Source: Lepidodermella squamata (lineage: Eukaryota > Animalia > Gastrotricha). From it: a stretch of DNA of 64,000 nt. The stretch covers positions 1,178,001-1,242,000 of the forward strand of contig JBLDXI010000029.1 in NCBI GenBank assembly GCA_047495785.1, read 5' to 3'. Every line of letters begins with the position of its first letter. The first letter of the stretch is position 1. The notes beneath the pieces are model-generated. The model had not been told where the DNA came from. It searched no databases and saw only the letters and a program-made list of their open reading frames with translations. The position numbers were made by a program, and so were the translations under genes. Shown piece after piece: positions 24,117-33,832 of this stretch.

Positions 24117-27100
24117 ATGATGATAGCGATTTTTTGCTGGATTTACGTGTTAATCAAACTAATAGATGCTCAGTCGACGATTAATTTCCTAGGAGGGACA
24201 TTCTGGTGGTCACCTTCAAGTCCAACTGATCCGGTAAATTTCAGGAAAATTCCAACAAAATTCCTAATTTCCCGCGGAAATTCCTAATTCCTAATTCCTT
24301 TCCTTTCCTTTCCTTTCCTTTCCTTTCCTTTCCTTTCATTTTCTTAATCAAGATACCATAATAGTCACGAATTTATTTTTCCCAGACAAGGATAAATTTG
24401 TCGTTCCGATTGACATGGTCCTTTCCCCGAGTATGCACCCTCAGCCAGCAGCTGATCGGCGCCCCGGGTTGGGTAGTCCTGAGCCCAGCTAATACCATCG
24501 GATCCGCCTTAGTAGTATGCACCAACAGCGGCACTTCAAACAACTTCATTTTCACATCTGGCGTTCAGACATTAACCAACCTCCAAGTGCCGCCTCCCCT
24601 AGCCATATTCCTCTACAACAACGGCCCATGGCGGCAGGATATTCCGAATTCGGGTGATGGTAATTGGATTTTTCGTATCGTAGTCCAAACCCCGGTTCGG
24701 CCTGATACGAACGCTGTGAACAACTCGCCAATCGCCGGGTTTGTGGCCCAATTCACCATGTCAAAAAACTGCCCGTTAAATGAGGGGAATGCGTGGAGCT
24801 TGCCGGTTTATGACCCGGATCAAGACCAGGTCACGTGCCAGTTCTCGACGCCGAACGAGTGCGGCTCAATCTGCGGCGCGATGAATATCACCCGGTCGAA
24901 TTTTGCCCGGCTCGAACTTTTCGGCCCGACTGGCTGTTCGATTTTGATCACGCCAAAAACACCGGGTGTCTTCGGCATTGGCTTGCAGTTGGAGGACTAT
25001 GCCGATTTTCTGCCTGGCAACGCATTATCGTCGGTCCCGTTGCAGTTTTTGTTAACTGTTAATGACGATGGCGTGACAAAATGCGGATTCCGGCCGCGAT
25101 TTTTGCCGCCTTCCGTGCCTCACACTGCTTGCCCGGGCGGGCAGGCTGGGAAGGCGTTTTCGATACGGCTCTATGCATACCCTGGAGACAGCCCAGGATC
25201 CACGTAATTTTCTACTTTTTTTGCGAAAATTTTAAAATAATTTAAAATATCAAAAATGGAGGTTTTCGAAATTTGAAATGTCGCTCTATTTTTTTGGTAT
25301 AAAAATTAAAATGTTTAAAAATTCTATGCAATTTTTTTTATTTTTATGTGTTTTTTTGAAATTTTTTAGATTGACCAGTGTTATGGCAACAACTCCGGTC
25401 GGCGTCGCAGTGTCGACAGTAGCAATTGACCCAGTTAATTTGATGCCAAATGTCGAGGTCACGTGGCCGTCGCCAACTATCGGCACTTTCATGGCTTGCT
25501 TTGTCGCCGTAAATTCGCTCAATTTAACTAGCGACCCGCACTGCATCAACATTTGCATTCGAAGTAATAAAAATTGCAAGGCTGTTCCACCTTAAAAATT
25601 AGAAAAAATTCCAATTTTGCTATACAGCTCAGCAGCCGTTTGTCAGTCGAATAGTTCCGGATTTGGGCAATATTCCTTTCCCGCCTCCCAACCCAGCCTC
25701 ATTGCAGTTGTTTTTCAATCAACCAGTTGTCGAGCCTTACCTAGAAGCTCATTTTCGCGTGCTTCAGAGTGCGACAAATGGCACATACGCGTCATTTTTG
25801 CCTGTATTCGACGAAATAGCTGGCGAGAGTGCTTTCATAAGATTCTTCAACGGCTCTGCTGTCGTGAATCTATCTTCGATTGTTTGGATACCTGGGTATT
25901 ACTATCGATTCGAAATCGACGATGGTAGAATTGTCCTTTTCTTTCCATAATTATTTATAAATGTTGGGGATAGGTTTTGCTATTGGCCAATTTTGCTGTG
26001 GAATTTTTGCAGATTTGTCAGCAATTAAAAATATTTTTAATCGGGGTGAGATTTCCTTAGACATCAGAAATTTCGAAACAGTTTGTTGTAGTATTCTGGG
26101 TTCCATTAAATACTACGACATTGGTGCCAGTTACGACCCGTACGGTGCCTACCACGACCACGGTGACCACAACTGTTGCGACCACAACGCCTACAACGAC
26201 AACGCCAACTACGACTACAAGTTCGACTACAACAACTAGGCCAACTTCGACATCCACCACGACCCAGCCTACTACGACGTCAACTCCCACAACGACTACC
26301 GCATCTACTACAAGGACGACTTCAAGTACCACGACTTCGACAACTACCAGCACTACGACTACTACGACTCGGCCTACTTCAACAAGTACTAGTACTACTA
26401 CCACCACTACCACACCAACTACGACCCCTACAACAACAGTCCCGACGACTACTACCACCACGTTAACAAGTACGAATTATCAAAAAATTTTGAAAAAATG
26501 AGAAAGACGTTTGTTACGTCGCTGAGTTCAACGGACCAAATTTTAGCGGACCAGTGTTTCGGACCAGATTGGAGGTGTGCCATGTGATTGATAGCTTCCT
26601 ACTGAAAAGGGCCATCCAATGACCTACTATACACACCTGAGCTCTTAAGCATCACTCAAGCTGTATCTATCATCCAAGTACTATAACTTGATTTGGTCCG
26701 CTAGATTGGGTCCGCCGGGGTTTTTGGAACTCTGCGGAACCTAGTTTCTATAGTTTGCTCTATTTAAAGCAGCCCCATAATATTAAGATGGAATGCAATT
26801 TCGCGTCATAATTGGTCTCATTAGACGCGCCACACCTTGCTACACTTGGCACTCAAGTGGCACACTTCGATGGTCTCCCTGGGTTAGGATATAAGAGATG
26901 ATTATTGTGGTCCGCCAAGAAATGGTCCCTTGAACTCAGCGACGTGAGATTGCTCAGAAAATACCGGTACATGGTTGGGGGAAATATAGGTCCCAACTTC
27001 AGCAGAACCAGATTGCAAGTCGCGGAAATCATGTTGAATAATTAATTTTCCCAAAATGCATTTTCCTAATTTCGGGGGCTTGTCGATTAATTATCAAAAA

Positions 27101-30100
27101 TTTAAGATAAAACGGCAAAAATTCGGCTTGGTAATTCAGCCTGGTAACCATTTCGTAATAATGACTCAATCAAATTCAGATCAAGACGCTTTTTTGGTTT
27201 GCATTTGGTCCCAAGTTTCGCAATCTGATTCTGCTACAGGTTCCGCAGAAAGAATTCGGCAAAATGTGATTCCCATGGATTTAGGACATTTTTATCGTTT
27301 TATTATTTTTGAAATAAAATAAAAAATGTTTAAATTTTGCAAATTTCCGTATTCGATCCTAGCAACTACAAGTACGACGACCAGACCGACCACGGTGACT
27401 ACAACAACCCCTGTTCCAACAACGACAACTACAACTACTATTGCCACTACAACAACCCCAGCTACAACTACAACACCTACGACGACGACCCAATTGACAA
27501 CCACAACTACTAGACCAGGAGGTCAAGTTTCAGACTGGGGCAGCTTCTTCAGCTGGGTCAATGGCAATATCACTATTGTCTTTCAAAACGCAACTTTCAT
27601 AGTCTTCAGCCGCAATGCCACCAATGTGACAGTAAACACCCTATATTATTTAATTTTCAATTTTTGAAATATTTTTAAGACCCAAAGGCCAGATCCCCCA
27701 CCTTGGTTTCAAACCCAGCCGCCATTTGCACCGTGGTTCCCGCCTTTCATAATCGCTCCCCTCGGCCCTCCATCGTGGAACCAGGTTGGTACCAACGATA
27801 GAAAACCAGGTAAAACCCGATAATTTTCGAATTTTCCAGGGATCGATAACAATACCCTTCGACTCTCTCACCCGAACCTCAGCTCAAGAAGCATTAGTCT
27901 ACGATAGTATCAACAACTATTTAAGCGTCATCCCACCCACCTGCAGCCGGTGCCCGGGCGCTGTAGTGTCATGCGCGGCCAGTCTCACAGTCTGCACCTG
28001 GTTCATGCCGATAGGCGGCACCGGAACGCTGGCGCCACCTATTTTCACATCACCGACCAACCAATTCGCAAATTTTATCCAACGAGCGGCTCAGAGTTTG
28101 CAGGCCTATATCGCGAATGGGCCCGACTATTACAGCGCAGTGGATGCGGGCGTCACCCTGGAACCCGGGCGCTGGCACCACGTCTGTGCCGCTTATCACC
28201 AAATTTCCGGCGTTAGTCTCTACGTAAACGGGATTTGTATAGGGTGTTCTAATCGCGACTCGGCCGATACAACTTCAATTCGACCATTGCTACTAGCCGC
28301 CCTGAGGCAGTGTAGTGTTAACCTGCTGCGAACTGCGTCGAGCTCTCAAGCTCACGAGACGAAAATCGCGACGGTGGAGGCTGAGGATAATTCGCCGAAA
28401 GCTATTTTTCATAGCTATATGACGCCGTCGAAGCCGGCTTTCAGCTGGCGGGCTGATGCTCAACCACCGGCGGCCAGTGCGGCTTATTTGGGTGCAGCCA
28501 CCCTGGCGCCAGGGTACATAGGAAGCGCCTTAAAATGCTCAAAGTAATTTTGTTAGCATTTTAATTGACGGGAAAAATTTTAATTTTAATTTTAATTTAA
28601 TTCAGACGTTGAAGATTTTTAAAAAATTGATAATTTAACTTAACCTTTCAAAATTCGGTTTAATTTTTTTCAAAATGTATTTGATTTCTTTTTTCTTTTT
28701 TTGTAGACATGGCGATGGTCTATTGTGGTCAAAACCGTTGAAAAGTATCCGGAAACCAGCATCTGACTCGCTTACGGTCAATTTCAAGCTGAAAATCCTC
28801 AAAAATCCTCGAGTTGCCAACATTTCCGACCTTGAACTTCCGATTTTCGCCCTCAATTGGCTAATCAGCGATGAAAACAGCTCCCCTATTATTCCAACAA
28901 AATTATCGATAACCTACGTCCCAACTTCAGGATTTCGAGTTGTTTACGTCACGAAACGGGGCGTTGCTTGGACGATTGACGAAACGCCGGATTACGTAAT
29001 AGGCAGCAAAACTATGACCGGGCAAGATTTTGTATCACCCAGCTGTTCAGCCCACGATTTGTCACCCTGGCTTGATTTAGCGGCGAGGGCTAGCCCGAAT
29101 AGAGGCCTAGAACTTTTTATCGATTCGAAGCTAACCGCGATCGGCAATCGGTCGCCTATCGATAATTTTTATATTTCGGATTTAACGAGGGACTCGTCTC
29201 AGTTGGATCTAGATCTTTGCTGGCCGAAATCGATGGCGGAAAACAGCAGTGTGGAAGCAACTTTACCTATTAGGATCGATGGGATCAAAATTTGGGCCGG
29301 TTACGTGCCAAATGCGACGCTTCAAAAAGCGTTTCTAAGAAGTAAGATCTAAATTTTGAAAGCAATTGTAAATAATTAAATTTTTTTAGATTCATACGGG
29401 ACATTTTCGATTAGGAAAAAATTGTTGGTCTTACCGAATTTATTAGGAATCGAAACCTTTCCGATTGCAACTATGGGACAACTGGGTAAGAACTAATATG
29501 GAGACATTTTTATAAAATTTTGAAATTTTCAGCTCGAAACTTTCTCAAATTCTTTAGATTAATTTTTAATTTAATTTTTAATTTTTTTTTAATTTTTTTT
29601 TTAATTTGAACCTAATTTTGCGATTTAAACAGAAGTTGTAAATTCGATATTCGGAACTGCTGTTCGATTTCACCGAGGCGATCAAATTTTAGCCTCACCC
29701 CTGCCTGCACTGTGCCTCATTTCACCCGGCAATTGCTCATCTGAAGGCTTCGGAATGTGCTTCAAAATTCGCGCCAACGACATAAACGTAGCAGGCGCTG
29801 TTGTTTCTACGCAAACTTCACCCCATTCGAATGGCTCAAAGTTGTATTTAAATTCGAACCGAACGCTCACGGCGCTGGTACGGCTCAACAAGGAATACTG
29901 GCTGACGAGGAGTAGAAATACGGTTGGAACAGCTTCGTTCAGCGATGTTTGCTTCACTTGGTCGGTGAAAAGCGGCATTCATTTGATAATCGATGGAAAA
30001 TGCAGTGTTACAACCGCGAACCAGGCCAAGGTAACAATTTGAAACCAGTTTTGCCTTATTTTTGAGGAATTTAAAAAAAAATTGAAAATTGAATTTTACA

Positions 30101-30354
30101 AATTTAAGAGAATTTTCGAAAAATTTTACAAATTTCATGGTTTTTCTCAGGAATCAGATTACGAATTTTTGGAAAGCTTCGGCAGTTCCGAGCCCCAGAT
30201 TTTATTCGGCGACAGCCTAATCGATGATCTCGAGTACCGCGAATTCGTATCGCTGAGCCCCGCCTCAGATTTACTCGATGATTCCGTCATTTTCACCCTG
30301 GCGGATGTCAAACTATGGAACACCAAGCCACCCGTGCATTACGTCACTTGTTGA
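24117..30354 (+). CDS. Large secreted multidomain protein: Sib/'integrin-beta-like' N-terminal region, two Thr-rich mucin segments, about three LamG/pentraxin-like (ConA-fold) domains; multi-exon
   Basis: Signal peptide MMIAIFCWIYVLIKLIDAQ, then NFLGGTFWW...RPDTNAVNNSP...LPVYDPDQDQVTC...ECGSIC...LQLEDY...LSSVPLQF. Thr/Pro/Ser exons at about 26110-26469 and 27363-27630. WHHVCAAYHQISGVSLYVNG, LELFIDSK and DVCFTWSVKSGIHLIIDGK motifs. Confidence 0.7.
24296..24337. repeat. (TTTCC)n microsatellite in intron
   Basis: About 8 units of tttcc. Confidence 0.9.
26516..26945. mobile_element. MITE (non-autonomous DNA transposon) in an intron of the mucin-like gene
   Basis: About 38-bp imperfect TIRs: acgtcgctgagttcaacggaccaaattttagcggacca versus the reverse complement of tggtccgccaagaaatggtcccttgaactcagcgacgt. 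No clear TSD. Confidence 0.75.
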
Positions 30355-30464
30355 TATTATCGTATCGTGATTTGAATTTTAAAAATTCGAAATAAAAAGA
30401 TTAGTCTAAGAATTACAATTTTTATTTCACCGATAATTTATGAAATTTCAAGTCTTTTTCGGGT

Positions 30465-31034
30465 TTATTTTTGAGCAGCACCAGTTTCGATGGCGACGCT
30501 GTACGAGAAGTTGTTCGAGGCCGAGTAGCTGCCGCTGGCTTTGCGATTTTTGCGGCCCTTGTTCATCTTCTTGCCATGTCGCTTGTTCTTCTTGTTGTAG
30601 CCGCTGTTCGATTCAGATCGTGAGTACGACACCGACTTGGACACGCGCTTGTGGCCTCGCTGGAACTTCTTGTTAGACACCTTGCGCGAGTGCTTGTTGG
30701 TGCGGGCTGAAATCGAAACCGAGACAGACTTGGAGTAGGAACCACGGCGCTTGTTTCGTTTAGCCGCGAAGTTCTTCTTGCCGCCGTATCGCTTGTTATT
30801 TCGCGGGTAGCCGCCACGTTTCTTGTACATGGCAGCGTTGTTTTCGTAAGAGGCACTCTTCGACAGACTGACATGCTTCTTGAATCGGGTGTTCAGTTCC
30901 TTGCTTTCGTAGCGTTGAACAAAGGCTTCGGACAATGCTGGGAGAACAAAGACAAATCAGATGTTTCACATAGAGTTGATTCTCAAACCGATTCCGCAAA
31001 TCGCAATGGCGGCAATAGCGAGGATAGCGCGCAT
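30465..31034 (-). CDS. Small secreted, highly basic K/R/S/N-rich protein (172 aa); exons 31034-30989 and 30937-30465
   Basis: ATG at 31034 gives the signal peptide MRAILAIAAIAICGI. A 51-nt GT..CAG intron (30988-30938) joins it in frame to ALSEAFVQRY... TATAAAA lies about 85 nt upstream. Confidence 0.85.
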
Positions 31035-31114
31035 TTTGAAGATCGAAAAGTAGGAGTTTAAACTTTGAAATCGAAACTTGGCGATTGATGATCATTTGTG
31101 ACTGATCAGGCCGT

Positions 31115-31121
31115 TTTTATA
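31115..31121 (-). promoter_or_regulatory. TATA box of the basic secreted protein gene
   Basis: Minus strand ctcTATAAAAacgg, a short distance upstream of the ATG. Confidence 0.6.
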
Positions 31122-32454
31122 GAGATCTGAGCAGATTTCGGCTGCGCAGTTCCGGAATCTTCATAACAAGACGGCTGACCCGAGTAATAATCAATTAGCA
31201 TCTTGCATCTTGGCATAATGGAGTAGAGCCGAAAAAAGACGGAGCGAAAAAACATTCAAAGATTCGACTTTAATGCTCGAAAATGCTTCAAAAGTTTTAT
31301 AGATGAATGAACCTTTTGAAAAAGCTTTGAAAAGTTGAAGAAACGTGCACCGAATTACAGAGTAAAAAGTGGAAATGGAAATTCGAAGCATCAATTTCTC
31401 GACCATGGACATCTTCAAAAGAATTGGTAACAGATTTGCTTCAGGTTTTCAGATCTGGCAACATTTTTATTCGATCCCCTAGTCGAAAAACTGCTTTACT
31501 AAGATCTTACAAAGATCTTTGTTTAGACCTTTGTAAGAAGTTCAAAGATTATTCGACAAGGGCATCTTTTGGAATAATCTCGCGAGCGGTTTCATTATTT
31601 GCCACGGCTTATAACTTCAGAATCATTACTTTCAGTTTCACAATTGATTTCAAGCTTCAATGAAGCTTCAGACCTTCAATTTCACAGCTGATTTTTTCGG
31701 AGAACAACACATTAGTGCAGATGCCGTGACACTTGAACCATTCGACAATGGAAGAAACATGAGAGATCTTGCCGAGTCCGGTATCGATCGAACTCTGTTT
31801 CGGACTGCTTTGCACTGCTTCGTGCCGTCAGCGAAGCACTTAGATGCACATAATGCGAGATAATGCGAGTCGTAACAAAAGAGACTCTGGCTCTTGATCA
31901 AAATTCGACACTGGAATAGATCGTAGATCGTATGGTAAGCTTGGGACCCACGCATGATCGACGCCCTTAGTCTATTAGATCGGCAATACGTCATGGAAAC
32001 ACCCACTTTTGAAGAATAATTTGTCTCATAGATCTACGCACGATTTATTGAGCTCTAAGTCTACTGATTTCCGTCTGGGTGGATTCCGAGTACAGGGGCG
32101 CACCCGCGAGGCACACCATGTAGGGACATTCTGAGTAATTATTGTTTACCGTCACACGATGAAACATGCGATCAGTCTAGAAAGACGCCTGTATAACATA
32201 CATACTGTATTATCGATAACATAAATCCAGGCAAATTTGGCCAAGAAAACGCTGAATCTCTAACGAATTCATTTTATTCAAGTTGAAAACCTGAGTATAA
32301 TTGACGTAGGCGGTTAATAAAGTCATTCAGAGGATCACTACAATCTATGCAGGGTGCCGCCAGTGGCAGAAAAGTCGACAAAAGTTCGCTGCATTTTTCA
32401 TTCGAGTTGCAGATATGTAGTACTTATACGAATGCATCAGCTCCACTTTTTTAC

Positions 32455-32750
32455 GGGAAAAACTTTTTTCATCCGACCACTAAAAATGTGACTGAAACCT
32501 GCCGACTTGCTTTTTCTTATTTTCAAAAAATTACAGTAAAAAAGTGACAACTCGGATCGCCATAAATCTTTCACCTTGAAATTCTGCCGATCCAGGGGCC
32601 AAAATAGGGTGCATAAAAAGGGTAAGCTCCTTCGGAAAAATCGAACTTTGGAAAATCGAGAAAATCGATATTTTCATGTCGGATGATTTTAGTCACATTT
32701 TTGGTTGTCGGATGAAATAAGACATTGGTCGGATGAAAAAAGTCACACCC
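32455..32750. mobile_element. Degenerate MITE-like inverted-repeat element
   Basis: acttttttcatccgacca...aaaaatgtgact on the left is mirrored by agtcacattttt...tggtcggatgaaaaaagt on the right. Confidence 0.5.
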
Positions 32751-32774
32751 TTTTTTAAGACCATCAGATGGATA

Positions 32775-33192
32775 TGTTGTACGCCTATGAGGGATTTAAG
32801 CCTTTAGGGTATGAGCATTATATTTAACCAAAATAAAGGCCAAACCGTGATGGTGACTATCGATCATCAATATCAATCGATTGCTGTAATCAAGGGCTAT
32901 CGATTGGTGCCAAATCGAATTCCGCGCGGAAAATTTGGAAATATGTTTTTTACCTTCAAAAATAAAAAAATGCGGAAAATTCGCGTTTTTTGGCCAAAAC
33001 TTCACCCTGAGTGTGCCGCGTGGACTTCGATTTGGCACCAATCGATAGCCCTTGATTACGGCAATCGATTGATATATGATGATCGATAGTCACCCTCACG
33101 GTTTGGCCGCTATGACAGTTTAAAATATCGCTTATCCCGTATAGGCTTAAGCCTATACCTTATAAGCTTAGATCCTCTATAGGCGTGCAACA
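32775..33192. mobile_element. MITE with TGT...ACA ends and 4-bp TSD (Ginger-type), copy 1
   Basis: TIRs TGTTGTACGCCTAT / ATAGGCGTGCAACA, TSD GATA on both sides, long internal inverted repeats; second copy at 55980. Confidence 0.85.
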
Positions 33193-33832
33193 GATATAGT
33201 TGTCAGTTTTAGAGACATTTTCTTACCAGGGCTCATCGACCCGCCGCTGTTCTTCCTTTGATCTTTTCAGCCCCCTCTGCTTGGCGAAAAGAGATACCTC
33301 CCTCTGTCATCTCAGTCACGGAAGCTCACTTAGATTCATTTGATTATTGCCAATGTCAGAAATATTTCTCAGGTGCGTCAGGTGTTCGCATTTCAGGGGC
33401 TACTTTAACTCGTTTTGATCTATCTAGAACAAGTCAGGAAGAGTTGAAATGTGAGAGAGAATAGCAGCACATTTTTTTGCTGCAAATGACGAACGAGCCA
33501 AAGTGACTAAGTGAAAAACAACTGTTTTCAATTTTTGCTGAGTGGCGTGCTCAAATTGTCTAATTGCCATTAGGCAGGAGGAATTGTGGAAAATGCGTGA
33601 TATAACTTGACCCTGTCTTCTGGGGCAGCCAGTATGTGAATTATAGCCAGACTTCGCGAAACATCCGTGAACAATAACTAGACACCTTCTTCCGGCGCAA
33701 CCTTTCCAAATAATCAGCTGTCTTTTCCGGAACAAAACAACTCACGAGCACGTATTGCGAAATTGAGGATTTTTATTCAACTAGAAAAATGCGACAACTT
33801 TGACTAAACACTCTGAATCCATGGTTTAAAGT

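Noticed and set aside
26057-26461. Val-rich minus-strand ORF (also 27292-27504) and the R/L/Q-rich alternative frame
   Set aside because: Shadows of the ACN-codon Thr-rich mucin exons.
30465-30935. Protamine or histone H1-like call for the basic ORF
   Set aside because: An in-frame upstream exon encodes a typical signal peptide, which favours secretion.
31190-32350. Short ORFs between the basic protein gene and the MITEs (also 52650-53380 and 9700-10400)
   Set aside because: No recognisable motifs or consistent exon chain; cannot be supported as genes.
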